DNA of 64,000 bases from an uncultured Candidatus Saccharibacteria bacterium (GTDB lineage: Bacteria; Patescibacteriota; Minisyncoccia; UBA6257; 2-01-FULL-56-20). The notes below the pieces were generated by a model. The model was not told the DNA's origin and did not search any database. It worked only from the letters and a program-made list of their open reading frames with translations. Both the position numbers and the translations under genes were made by a program. Each line of letters opens with the position of its first letter. Positions within the stretch are counted from its first letter, which is position 1. Below are positions 8,732 through 17,890 of this stretch, piece by piece. The DNA lies in the NCBI GenBank assembly GCA_964456235.1, contig CAYWDX010000002.1, positions 142,061 to 206,060 on the forward strand, in the 5' to 3' direction.

Positions 8732-10261
8732 ATGAAAGGAAAATTGACAAGGATTGCTATTGCTTCCGCGCTGGTGATCGCCTTCGCCTTGCCCACGTCT
8801 TCAGTAATCGTGGCCATGGCTGCATCGAAATCGCACGGCAGTAACAGCAACGAAAGTAACGGTAACGAAAACGAGCACGGGGTGAGTATAGGCGCAAACG
8901 TACGAACGTCTGTCAGCGCCAATAGCAACTCCATAACCGTCAGCGATGACGAGGACACGAACGCTACCGACACAGAAGACGGCAGTGGAGAATGTCCCGG
9001 ATTCGTTCCGCCCGGCCACCTGATCGCTCCAGGTTGGTTGAAGCATCATGGTGACGAAGAGCCGACGGTTCCGGACTGTGAAGATTTGCCGCCGGGCATC
9101 GGCATGAGGTTTGGAACTTCAACGCACAATGGCGATCATGAGCACCAATTCACGCTCAGCTCCGTGAGCGCCAGCGCTGCGACGAGTACGGCGACGATCA
9201 CTTGGAACACGAACAAGCCCGCCAGTTCGCAGGTCTTCTACGGATTGACGGCGGCTCACGGTTCTAGTACGAGCGTCGACTCGGCTCTCGTAACCTCGCA
9301 TTCAGAAATGCTCTCGGGTCTCACGCCGAACACGACCTACCACTTCCAGGTAAAATCGGCTGACGCGGATGGCGATGTCGTCATCTCCGCGGATGCCACC
9401 TTCACGACAGCTGCTTTGCCGGCGGATACCATCCCGCCGACGGTGTCGATAACTTCACCGCTGAGCAGCACGACGGTTTCATCCACGATTACCGTAAGCG
9501 CGACGTCTACCGACAATGTTGGCGTGGCGAACGTGCAATTCTTGCTGGACGGCGCTAACCTCGGATCTGCGGTGACGAGCACGCCTTACTCGATTTTGTG
9601 GGACACGAAAACCGCGACGAACGGCGCTCACACCCTGACGGCGATTGCGCACGACACGTCGAGCAACGTCGCTACATCGAGCGCGATCAGCGTGATCGTT
9701 GACAACGGCGCTCCGGTCATCTCGAGCACGACCGCCGCTGCCGTGACAAGCACGGTGACCATCTCCTGGATGACGGATGAACCCGCAAACTCCCAAGTCT
9801 TCTACGGCTTGACGACGGCATATGGATCCACAACCCCGATTGATGCGACGCTCGTGACCTCACACTCGGTCACCATCGCAGGCCTCACCCCGGGCACCCT
9901 GTATCACTTCGAAGTGCTTTCGATGGACGGCGTCGGCAACCTGGCGACCTCGAGCGATAACAGCTTCAGTACGGCGGCTCTGCCGGCAATCTTGTCGGCA
10001 ACCTCGACTGCGGCGACGAGCACCGCTACCGTCAGCTGGACTACGAATGTGTCCACGACCGGAACCGTGTACTACTCCACTTCGACGCCGGTCAACGCGA
10101 GCACGTCGGCTTCGGTAAGCGACGCCTCCTCCACGACCGCCCACGCGGTTGCCCTCACCGGACTGAATAGTAGCAGCACCTACTTCTTCGTCGTCAAAGC
10201 GACGGACAGCTTCGGTGATACGATAACCTCAAGCGAGGGATCGTTCACGACTGGGCCGTAA
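8732..10261 (+). CDS. secreted protein with three FN3-like repeats and bacterial Ig-like domain(s)
   Basis: Signal peptide. Three repeats of ...TITWNTNKPASSQVFYGLT...TTYHFQVKS... (FN3-like, as in purple acid phosphatase N-terminal domains). One Ig-like unit DNVGVANVQFLLDGANLGSAVTSTPYSILWDT...NGAHTLTAIAHDTSSN. Confidence 0.6.
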   Translation: MKGKLTRIAIASALVIAFALPTSSVIVAMAASKSHGSNSNESNGNENEHGVSIGANVRTSVSANSNSITVSDDEDTNATDTEDGSGECPGFVPPGHLIAPGWLKHHGDEEPTVPDCEDLPPGIGMRFGTSTHNGDHEHQFTLSSVSASAATSTATITWNTNKPASSQVFYGLTAAHGSSTSVDSALVTSHSEMLSGLTPNTTYHFQVKSADADGDVVISADATFTTAALPADTIPPTVSITSPLSSTTVSSTITVSATSTDNVGVANVQFLLDGANLGSAVTSTPYSILWDTKTATNGAHTLTAIAHDTSSNVATSSAISVIVDNGAPVISSTTAAAVTSTVTISWMTDEPANSQVFYGLTTAYGSTTPIDATLVTSHSVTIAGLTPGTLYHFEVLSMDGVGNLATSSDNSFSTAALPAILSATSTAATSTATVSWTTNVSTTGTVYYSTSTPVNASTSASVSDASSTTAHAVALTGLNSSSTYFFVVKATDSFGDTITSSEGSFTTGP

Positions 10262-10278
10262 CAATTTCCAGTTGAGGG

Positions 10279-10313
10279 AAAAAGCCCGCCACATCGGCGG
10301 GTTTTTTCTTTTT
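10279..10313. terminator. bidirectional intrinsic terminator between convergent genes
   Basis: AAAAAGCCCGCC-acatc-GGCGGGTTTTTTCTTTTT. Confidence 0.7.
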
Positions 10314-10578
10314 CGGAAACCATCACCGATGCATGCACCCGGCCCAGCAGCAGGGGCGGCGCATCCCTTCTATAAGTTCATCTCGCGTCCGGTGGATCCG
10401 GTGGCTGCGCGTCTCCGATTTTTTGGCAGACAGAACCCAGCACAACCACTCGTTGCGCGCGAGGGGCGTGATATCTTCCCACGCCACGCGCGCGGCCGGG
10501 GCAGCAACAAGCACTTTTCTTAAATCCCGCGGGACGCCATGGGCCACGCCACCAGAAATCCCCTTGTGAGGCATAGGG

Positions 10579-13446
10579 TTATTTGAACGTCGTGATTTCG
10601 CTTAAGAAAATCGTGGCGCCGCCCGTATTCGCCGTGCCGGCCGCAGAATAAGCGCCGGTCGCGGAAACCGACTTGTACTCTACAAATGCGGACGATCCTT
10701 CGTTCCCGAGCGAAGTCCAGCCAGAGCTCCCGCCCCATGCGGCATTGCCGGTGTAATATTGCGTCGCAAACGCAATTAAGAGCTCGTTTGCTTGCGAAGT
10801 GGCAGATGTAGGCCCAACGCTCCAATTCGTTCCGGCATCATAATTTTGGAGATGCGAAGTAAACTGATCGAACGGCGCAGAAACCGACGCGCCCGAAATT
10901 TCTACCACAAAAATGGATGTGGCGACATAGTTCGTCGTGACGGTAAAGTTTTGGACCCCGGCTTGGGCATTCGTGCGGTAATACACGCCGGCGAAATCGC
11001 GGCCGTTGACGGTGTCATACGCGCTACCTCCTAGGGTGTATGTGCTTCCTTTATTATCAGAGAACGAAACCGGGGTTTGAGAAAGTGAATTCAATAAAAC
11101 AACGACCAAATCGCCCGCCTGCGTAGGTGACGGCAAAGAAACGTTGAAGCTTCCGCCATTGCCGGATCCATGTGCGCTCTGCACAACCGACGGCCCCGAT
11201 CCGGAAGGCGGCGAGGAAACGGCATTATTCACCGTCACCGAAACATTACTCGCCGTGGCTGAATTCCCTGCCGCATCGGTAGCGACCGCTGAAATGGTAT
11301 GCGAGCCATTCGCAACGCCGGTGGTATCCCAACTGTACGTGAATGGCGCGGAGGTCAGCGCGCTTCCAATATTCGCCCCGTCCAATTTGAATTGAACGAG
11401 CACCACCCCCACATTGTCTGAAGCGCTCGCGGAGAGCGTGATCGTTCCCTGCACGGTAGCGCCGCTCGACGGTCCAGTCACCGATATCGTGGGCGGAGTC
11501 GTGTCCGGAGCCGGAGTTGCCGGTGGGGGCGTTGGGCTCGAAACATTTCCGCCGCTTCCTAATTCGACGATGTAAGCGTCGGTTTTAGTTCCGTCAGAGG
11601 TACAGTTGCGCCAATTCGAAGTGAACAACACTTTCGTGAAATCGCGGTTTGGCGTAGCATGCGGCTCATTGAAATATTGGCCCGCGCGGCACACCTGATC
11701 GTGCGCGATGCGATACACGATATTACTGTTGTCCATCTTGAGCGCAAAAATTTCACTGCCCATCGGCACCTGCGGCGACATGTCCACGGCATTCTCGTTA
11801 TAAGAAGAGCCGAGCGCATACCCGTTCATCGGATTGTTCACGCCGATATTCGCGCGCCCGCTGATATGCCACTGCCCGCTGAAGTAAGCACTGTCGGGCA
11901 TCAAGTTTTGAATCACTCCGGCAGAACTCGGGCACCCGAGCGCGAGACTAGGATCAAAAGCGTATGCTGTCGTGCGGCGATAATCATCGTGCGTGGCGCC
12001 ATCCGCAACACAGAAACCGCTATAGATGACTTCCTTACCATTGGCGAGACGCCCCATGTCAGCGTGGGTTCCATCGTCTTTGGATAGAAGTCCGCCCGCA
12101 CCAAAACCGCTCCACGGAGAGACGCGAGAAATTCTTGCGCCAGTCACCGCATCATATTCCTCGGTGCCGGTGTGCGTGTAATTGCCCGGAGTGTTCCACG
12201 CCACCTCAACATAATCGCCGTCGGGACTAATGCACGCTTGAGCCGGTCGTTTATTTTCCGGCGCGTTGGTGTTCACGAGATCCCCTGGCGTCGTAAGTTT
12301 ATGGAACCAGAAATAATGATTTGGCGTCGTAAGATCAAACACGCCAAATCCCCACGGCGCACCCGTCTGGCCGTACACAATTTTCGATGCAAGTTTTGTG
12401 CTCGCGTCATCGGTATTGCAATAGACATATGGCTTAATGGTGAGATTGTTTGCAACGAGATCCAACGTATTCCCCTGCGTATCGGTCAGGGTATTGAAGG
12501 TGCCGATAGTCGCGATAGCATCGTTATGGCAAACATCCAGCGTTCTAATCTGCCGCGCATAGGTGTAGTAAAAAATGCATCGATCACGATTGCTCCATAT
12601 CGGCCCAAGCTGGTCGACGCCATCGCCGGCGATATTGATGGTCCGTATGTAGTTATAAGGATCATTCCCGTTCATCAGCACCAAGCCGCCGCCCTGGAAA
12701 TAATTAAGGATCATATAACTGCCATCAAGATTCCATGCCTGGTTCGGGGCATAGACCGGGAAATATCCGTTTGCGGGCATTCCGGCCTGCGACGTGATCC
12801 GCTTAAGCTGGGTGTGGAAAATAGGATCGGTGTAAATCGTGCCGGCAGTTCCATCATAGACGGCCGGTTTCGAATCCGCCGGACTTGCGATCGCCGAACA
12901 GCCATCGTAAGGCGTAGTGCCTGCGGTCGGTGAAGAATTATAACCACTCGCCGTGCGCTGACACATTAATAAATTCGCGAACTGGGCCGGCGTGCCTGCG
13001 GGGGCCGGCGTAGGAGTTGGCGTTGGTGTCGGGGTGGGGCTTGGCGGCGGTATGGGAACGGGCACGGGCGTGGGAGTGGGAACCGGATAAATAGGATTGG
13101 GAGTGGGAGTAGGCGTGGGAGTGGAAATACTGCCAGGGGCTCCGGGGGTTCCGATACTCGGATTGTTTGCACTTGTCGACGTTGATGTCACCGTGGAAAC
13201 GGGCTGATGCGACAACAGCGCGACAAATTGCGCCTGAAGTTGGGCCAGGTACTGCGTGAGCAATATAATGAGCTGCTGCATGAGCGTCACCAAAAGCTGC
13301 TGCTGGGCGATCGTTGAAGTTACTGTCGCAGCCAAAAAATCGCTCCCGATTTGGCTCAATGGAGCATGGGGAACGAAAAATAAAAGAACGAGCAGAAAGA
13401 GCACGACGATACCGACAAAAATCAATTTCCGAAAACGTCCAAACAT
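10579..13446 (-). CDS. large (955 aa) membrane-anchored secreted protein: N-terminal TM, coiled/Q-rich segment, TP-repeat linker, large globular domain, Ig-like domain, C-terminal domain
   Basis: N-terminus MFGRFRKLIFVGIVVLFLLVLLFF, a (TP)n/PxP linker, and the Ig-like motif DNVGVVLVQFKLDGANIGSALTSAPFTYSWDT...NGSHTISAVATDAAGN shared with the neighbouring gene. Confidence 0.6.
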   Translation of the reverse strand: MFGRFRKLIFVGIVVLFLLVLLFFVPHAPLSQIGSDFLAATVTSTIAQQQLLVTLMQQLIILLTQYLAQLQAQFVALLSHQPVSTVTSTSTSANNPSIGTPGAPGSISTPTPTPTPNPIYPVPTPTPVPVPIPPPSPTPTPTPTPTPAPAGTPAQFANLLMCQRTASGYNSSPTAGTTPYDGCSAIASPADSKPAVYDGTAGTIYTDPIFHTQLKRITSQAGMPANGYFPVYAPNQAWNLDGSYMILNYFQGGGLVLMNGNDPYNYIRTINIAGDGVDQLGPIWSNRDRCIFYYTYARQIRTLDVCHNDAIATIGTFNTLTDTQGNTLDLVANNLTIKPYVYCNTDDASTKLASKIVYGQTGAPWGFGVFDLTTPNHYFWFHKLTTPGDLVNTNAPENKRPAQACISPDGDYVEVAWNTPGNYTHTGTEEYDAVTGARISRVSPWSGFGAGGLLSKDDGTHADMGRLANGKEVIYSGFCVADGATHDDYRRTTAYAFDPSLALGCPSSAGVIQNLMPDSAYFSGQWHISGRANIGVNNPMNGYALGSSYNENAVDMSPQVPMGSEIFALKMDNSNIVYRIAHDQVCRAGQYFNEPHATPNRDFTKVLFTSNWRNCTSDGTKTDAYIVELGSGGNVSSPTPPPATPAPDTTPPTISVTGPSSGATVQGTITLSASASDNVGVVLVQFKLDGANIGSALTSAPFTYSWDTTGVANGSHTISAVATDAAGNSATASNVSVTVNNAVSSPPSGSGPSVVQSAHGSGNGGSFNVSLPSPTQAGDLVVVLLNSLSQTPVSFSDNKGSTYTLGGSAYDTVNGRDFAGVYYRTNAQAGVQNFTVTTNYVATSIFVVEISGASVSAPFDQFTSHLQNYDAGTNWSVGPTSATSQANELLIAFATQYYTGNAAWGGSSGWTSLGNEGSSAFVEYKSVSATGAYSAAGTANTGGATIFLSEITTFK

Positions 13447-13558
13447 AGAAAGTTATTTTATCTTAACATCTGTCGTGTGTTTTTCCAGCTTGTCGGACGG
13501 CAGGAGTACTGATGAGTGGCGGGTTTTAAAGCCTCAAAAAGCGAGGTTTTAGCGGATA

Positions 13559-13587
13559 TTGACAAAAAATATAATATATAGTATAAT
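13559..13587 (+). promoter_or_regulatory. consensus sigma70 promoter (TTGACA–17–TATAAT) with a strong RBS downstream
   Basis: TTGACA at 13559–13564, a 17-nt spacer, TATAAT at 13582–13587. GAGGAGG lies 7 nt before the ATG at 13648. Confidence 0.55.
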
Positions 13588-13647
13588 GCAGCCAGATACT
13601 TAAGTTCTGGTATCCAACCTTGCACGGCGCTTTGAGGAGGCGCAATT

Positions 13648-14235
13648 ATGACAATGCTCGGCTTAGCAACCTACCCCGGACTGTTCATCATCCAGGAAAC
13701 CGATGAGCAGGCGGAGGATCAGGCACGCATCGTCTACAACGACATACACCGCCGTCCCACCGATGAAGAGTGGGAAGCGTACCAAACCCGGACTGCCCAC
13801 GCCCGCAGAAGTGAGCCCTCCGAGTTTTTCATCGATGAGCTCGATTCAACCGCAGCTCTCCTCGGGGACGCCGCAATCACGGAGGAATCCGTGAGTGCAG
13901 CGGCACTGGTCGCGATCGAGAGCCCCGAGCTGCTCGTCACCCTCTACCGCAGCGCCCTCGACACCCATGGTGTCGAACCGAAGAGGAAGAAGGTGGTGCG
14001 GGAGAAGATTTTCCACCTGACCTCCTGCATCTTCGTGGCGATGGTCGACGCGCGGGGCGCGGAGACGATCAAGCGATCCCTCATGATGCGCCGCGATGTC
14101 GAAACGGGCGCCACGCTCCTCTCGACGCTTGGGCGTTTTGCCCGCACCGAGATCAAGCACGACTTCCGGCACCGCACCGCCGTCAAGATGTTCGAGGGCT
14201 TTCAACTCGACCCCTTCGACTCGATCCTCGGCTAG
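13648..14235 (+). CDS. hypothetical cytoplasmic protein (195 aa)
   Basis: ORF with a perfect promoter, RBS and downstream terminator; acidic N-terminus. No family recognised. Confidence 0.5.
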   Translation: MTMLGLATYPGLFIIQETDEQAEDQARIVYNDIHRRPTDEEWEAYQTRTAHARRSEPSEFFIDELDSTAALLGDAAITEESVSAAALVAIESPELLVTLYRSALDTHGVEPKRKKVVREKIFHLTSCIFVAMVDARGAETIKRSLMMRRDVETGATLLSTLGRFARTEIKHDFRHRTAVKMFEGFQLDPFDSILG

Positions 14236-14265
14236 CAAGTTCCTGTTCGCTTTTACAGCTCTACA

Positions 14266-14296
14266 GCCGCCCCACCCCCGGGCGGCTTTTTCTTTT
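14266..14296 (+). terminator. intrinsic terminator
   Basis: GCCGCCC-caccccc-GGGCGGC-TTTTTCTTTT. Confidence 0.7.
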
Positions 14297-14337
14297 AAAA
14301 ATTTCTTTTTGAAGTTTTCATTAAAGTGCAGCACGGC

Positions 14338-14380
14338 CCCAAAAGAAAAACCCGCCGCGTCATACAACATGACGCGACGG
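14338..14380 (-). terminator. intrinsic terminator for the minus-strand gene 14390–14866
   Basis: Minus strand: CCCGTCGCGTCAT-gttgt-ATGACGCGGCGGG-TTTTTCTTTT. Confidence 0.7.
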
Positions 14381-14389
14381 GCACAAATC

Positions 14390-14866
14390 TTAAATGTAGA
14401 GGTCGGCAGCCGCATCCCGCAGTTTCTTGATCCGCTCGCTCGGCAGAAAACGCCTCGTTCCGCGCAAATCCGCCTGAGCATTCATGAGTGGTACCTCGAG
14501 CGAATCGAGAAGTTCTCCGAGGCGTTTACCCGCGAATCTCACCTGGACACCTCCAGTCTGTCGCCCCATATCAAACTTAGTACTCAGGAACCCCGTAATG
14601 ACGTCTGCCGCAAATATGGCGCGCGACAGTCTTCTTGCCTCGAAGCTGATCGTAGTGTGGGGACCGACGGAAGTATGGCCATGGAAAGGTTCCCCATGGT
14701 TCAGTATAACGAGGTCCACGAGTGCGGCCAGAGCGATGGCCGAAAGTGTTGTTGCGTGTTCAAGTTCCTTCTGGATGGCCTCCAGGGCCACCGCAAATAC
14801 CGGATCGCTGGAGAACCAGGACATGGTTACCGTTACGGTGTCCTTCTTCCTCTGTTGTTTTGGCAT
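14390..14866 (-). CDS. hypothetical protein (158 aa)
   Basis: Minus-strand ORF with AAGGAGG 4 nt upstream of the ATG. Contains NHGEPFHGHTSVGPHTT. Preferred over the overlapping +strand ORF 14096–14983. Confidence 0.55.
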   Translation of the reverse strand: MPKQQRKKDTVTVTMSWFSSDPVFAVALEAIQKELEHATTLSAIALAALVDLVILNHGEPFHGHTSVGPHTTISFEARRLSRAIFAADVITGFLSTKFDMGRQTGGVQVRFAGKRLGELLDSLEVPLMNAQADLRGTRRFLPSERIKKLRDAAADLYI

Positions 14867-14981
14867 CCCGCCTCCTTATTGCATTTTCGTGGCATGCAAT
14901 CGCCAGAAGTGTTGAGATATTACTGCTTAGACAGTAACATATTATTAAAAATCTGTCAAGATTGCGCGTTGAGCGCAGATT

Positions 14982-15011
14982 AAAAAGAAAAGCCCGCCGC
15001 AGACGACGGGC
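14982..15011 (-). terminator. intrinsic terminator for the DUF1059 gene
   Basis: Minus strand: GCCCG-tcgtctgcgg-CGGGC-TTTTCTTTTT. Confidence 0.55.
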
Positions 15012-15039
15012 TCATTCGCTACAAGCGATCCAGTTGCGG

Positions 15040-15255
15040 TTACGCGTCTGGCGTCATCTCCCACTTTTTCATAAACTCGGCACGCCATTTGTCCCCGTCC
15101 TCTTTCGGCATGGCTTTCATATCCGCGAGCATGTCGGGATGTGCCTTGTTTAAGTGCTTCATGCCATTGGCAATCATCTCCTCCGGCGTTTCTCCACTGA
15201 TTACGACACTACACGAGGCCGGACCGCCCATATCTGCACAGGTCATCTTTTTCAT
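15040..15255 (-). CDS. DUF1059-family small metal-binding protein
   Basis: 71 aa, MKKMTCADMGGPASCSVVISGETPEEMIANGMKHLNKAHPDMLADMKAM: the characteristic Cys pair plus GETxEE. Confidence 0.5.
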   Translation of the reverse strand: MKKMTCADMGGPASCSVVISGETPEEMIANGMKHLNKAHPDMLADMKAMPKEDGDKWRAEFMKKWEMTPDA

Positions 15256-15340
15256 AATTTTTTAATTAAGAATTTATTAACTGCCGCACTATCCACTACA
15301 CTATGACTGCACTATCGCGACCTTTTCTGCAGAATCATCA

Positions 15341-15499
15341 TCACCTCATACGGAAAGAATTGTACACGATCAGCAGAAGCACGATGACGCCGATAAACAA
15401 GGCGACACGAATGCTCAACTGAAGAATCCCCTCGAGCCCCATGCTCAGGAGCACCAAGAAGATAATAGCTAAAATGAGAAGGATGGCGATGACTTCCAT
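15341..15499 (-). CDS. candidate 52-aa hydrophobic micro-protein (two TM helices); not in the supplied ORF track
   Basis: Minus-strand ATG at 15499 gives MEVIAILLILAIIFLVLLSMGLEGILQLSIRVALFIGVIVLLLIVYNSFRMR*. The overlapping ORF-track 68-aa frame looks non-protein-like. Confidence 0.3.
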   Translation of the reverse strand: MEVIAILLILAIIFLVLLSMGLEGILQLSIRVALFIGVIVLLLIVYNSFRMR

Positions 15500-15546
15500 A
15501 GTTCCAGACAAACCTCAAGCAGCGTAGCCGGAGGAAAGTGATAATT

Positions 15547-16107
15547 TCATGAAGATTTATTGAGCGCCCCTTTAATTTTAACCAACAGAAAATCTCGCAC
15601 CTCTTCAGGCGTCATACGTGTCGTGTCGCACACAACATCAAAAAGAGCTGGATCAAGATGGTCATTGATGCCGTAAAGTTTTTTATATCGCTCGCGCTCG
15701 GTGCGCTCGCGCTCGTCGTGGATCTCCATAACCTCATCTACATTTTTACCTGCATATACCCCTTCATCTATTTTCCGTTTCGCACGGACCTCGGGCGATG
15801 CATCCAAGAAAATATTGACGATTGGGAATTTGCTCTGCCTCGCAAAAAAGAATGCCACACGACCTTGGATCACCATATTATCCTGTTGTTGCATGAGCGT
15901 TGCTTGCATAACGTCCACACTCTTCTCAAGCTCCGGACTTTCACCCAACTGTTCATAGAACTTCTCTATAGAAAGATTGTGCTTGCGGGCTATATCTCGG
16001 AAAATACCACCCATATATACAGTCTCATAATTAAGAGCATGGGCAACAAGTGGCGCTACGGTTGTCTTGCCCCCCCCAACTCTCCCGCCAAAGGTGATAA
16101 TCGCCAT
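15547..16107 (-). CDS. cytidylate kinase-like P-loop NMP kinase
   Basis: P-loop ITFGGRVGGGKTTVA at the N-terminus; ~186 aa, typical of the short (d)CMP kinase family. Confidence 0.55.
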   Translation of the reverse strand: MAIITFGGRVGGGKTTVAPLVAHALNYETVYMGGIFRDIARKHNLSIEKFYEQLGESPELEKSVDVMQATLMQQQDNMVIQGRVAFFFARQSKFPIVNIFLDASPEVRAKRKIDEGVYAGKNVDEVMEIHDERERTERERYKKLYGINDHLDPALFDVVCDTTRMTPEEVRDFLLVKIKGALNKSS

Positions 16108-16342
16108 ACGCCACTAACGGTATCATAAAAATTGACTGGTCTGTTGATAACTACTTGTTTTCTATTGCGGATGTGGTAATATGTGATGAGAAATACCCTG
16201 ACGCAGCGGAAAAGTCGCATGGCTGGTGCGATCCGCTCTCAGGTGGTTCCATCCTATGCCCCAAACACCCCAGCGAGCTAAACGACTCGCCGGGGTGTTT
16301 TTTTATCTCTGGCTACCTCTCCTCTTTCAAATGTCCTGACTA

Positions 16343-17332
16343 CTAGAACCCGAAGAGGCGCTGGAAGAATCCACCCACGGAGCGAAACACCCCCATGAAG
16401 TCAGGACCCTTGCCCGCTCTATCCTCATTGGGCTTTCCGGGACTATTGCCTGGCCCGCTCTGTACGATGATCGAGCTCGCGGTCACCACATTGCCCGAGA
16501 CAGCGCCCTGAACAATCACATTATCACCAACGGCAACATTCGCGATCGTTGAAGTGGTATTGCCCTTCACAACCGTCGCGCTCGAGGCGTTGACCGTATA
16601 GGTCACATTACCCTGCGCCGTCACCACCGTGATTGTGCCGCTCGCAACCGCCGTAACTTTGCCGGCAATCACCGGCTGGCCATTCCCCTGGATCAGATTT
16701 ACCGGCTTGCCTTTACCCTCCCGGTTAGGCGTACTCGTCGCAGTGGACGTTGAGTGCTTGTGTTCATCACCCTCTTTTTCTCCACGACCAATAGGCGGCA
16801 ATGGACGCGGCATCGGACCAACGATAATCGATTGCGCCGTCACGCTGGTACCGCTTACCAAGCCAAAAACATAGACCATGTCGCCGACACTGATGGCTCC
16901 CACCGTTGAACTCGCGCCGTTCTTCATAACAACCGCGCCCGAAGCGTCAACCGTAAACGTCATCGGACCACCTTTCGGATTTGTTTTTGTCGAAGTCGGC
17001 ATCGGCATGGTGCTCGACGGCGTGCCTGATGGCATCATCGGCATCATGTGCTCGTCACCATTCTCAACGCCTTCCGGATGCTCCAAGAAATTGCGGCCCA
17101 TTACCGTAATCGTTGTTCCGCTCACCGCAGAAACTTTGCCGGCAATCCCCGGCTGCATAGGACGCATCAACATACTCGTGATCGCGGCCTTGATCGAACC
17201 GAGGCCGCCGGGACCACCATCAAACTGACCGCTTGAGGTCCCCGTACCAGTCCCTTCCGCAAACACCAACCCGCCTGCGAGCAACACGCCCGCCACCACC
17301 GCACCACCCACCAACCATGAATTTTTCTTCAT
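16343..17332 (-). CDS. secreted protein with three tandem DUF5666-like beta-repeat domains and Met/His-rich linkers
   Basis: Signal peptide. Three repeats of AGKVSAVSGTTITV...TVDASGAVV...VGDMVYVFG...VTAQSIIV. Linkers are HPEGVENGDEHMMPMMPSGTPSSTMPMPTS and GEKEGDEHKH. Confidence 0.55.
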   Translation of the reverse strand: MKKNSWLVGGAVVAGVLLAGGLVFAEGTGTGTSSGQFDGGPGGLGSIKAAITSMLMRPMQPGIAGKVSAVSGTTITVMGRNFLEHPEGVENGDEHMMPMMPSGTPSSTMPMPTSTKTNPKGGPMTFTVDASGAVVMKNGASSTVGAISVGDMVYVFGLVSGTSVTAQSIIVGPMPRPLPPIGRGEKEGDEHKHSTSTATSTPNREGKGKPVNLIQGNGQPVIAGKVTAVASGTITVVTAQGNVTYTVNASSATVVKGNTTSTIANVAVGDNVIVQGAVSGNVVTASSIIVQSGPGNSPGKPNEDRAGKGPDFMGVFRSVGGFFQRLFGF

Positions 17333-17465
17333 ACTTATATATTAGTTTAATTACTTATTTATTGGAAGACCTTTAGCCCCCATTCGTGGGCTCATTACCT
17401 ATAACGAACTAGCTCAGAAAAGGTTGCGCGCGCAAGTCGCTCGCATCCGCCCGCATCCGATTCGC

Positions 17466-17494
17466 GCCGATTCATGATTGCAAAGTGATATAAT
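17466..17494 (+). promoter_or_regulatory. extended -10 promoter (TGaTATAAT) 9 nt upstream of the ATG at 17504; possibly a leaderless transcript
   Basis: gTGaTATAAT at 17486–17494 with a weak -35. No SD is possible in the 9-nt interval. Confidence 0.35.
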
Positions 17495-17503
17495 CGAAAC
17501 GAT

Positions 17504-17866
17504 ATGCGGCACCATGCGGTCGTGATACGTTCGGTCATAGTCTTCCATTTCGCATGGACCGTTTTTTTGTGGGGCGGTATGGTCCTTGCCTTGTTTTGGA
17601 AACCCTACATACCCACCGAGCTTTTGATCTTGAGCATAACGCTCTTGAGCAACGTCCCCTTCCGCGGCGGCTGCCCCCTCACCATCCTTGAAGAACATTA
17701 CCGCGAAAAAATTTCGCCCGGCTATGAACGCAAGCGCTCGTTCATGACAACCTACATTAATAAATTATTAAAAACGGATTTTACCGTGAAGCAGGTCAAC
17801 ATCACGATCGCCGTCATCTATGTGCTCGCCTATGCGATTCTCATGTGGCGCCTGATCCCCTCGTAA
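17504..17866 (+). CDS. DUF2784-like small membrane protein
   Basis: 120 aa, two predicted TM segments, CPLTILEEHYRE motif. Confidence 0.5.
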   Translation: MRHHAVVIRSVIVFHFAWTVFLWGGMVLALFWKPYIPTELLILSITLLSNVPFRGGCPLTILEEHYREKISPGYERKRSFMTTYINKLLKTDFTVKQVNITIAVIYVLAYAILMWRLIPS

Positions 17867-17890
17867 TGCTGGTCTGATATACTATTCTTC

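Noticed and set aside
8732-13446. Diversity-generating retroelement targeting the Ig-like domains
   Set aside because: No reverse transcriptase ORF (no YxDD motif) and no template/variable repeat pair with adenine-specific differences was seen.
14096-14983. 295-aa plus-strand ORF
   Set aside because: It overlaps the end of gene 13648–14235 and two terminators, and has a Ser/Arg/Pro-rich junk-like translation. The minus-strand ORF 14390–14866 with AAGGAGG RBS is preferred.
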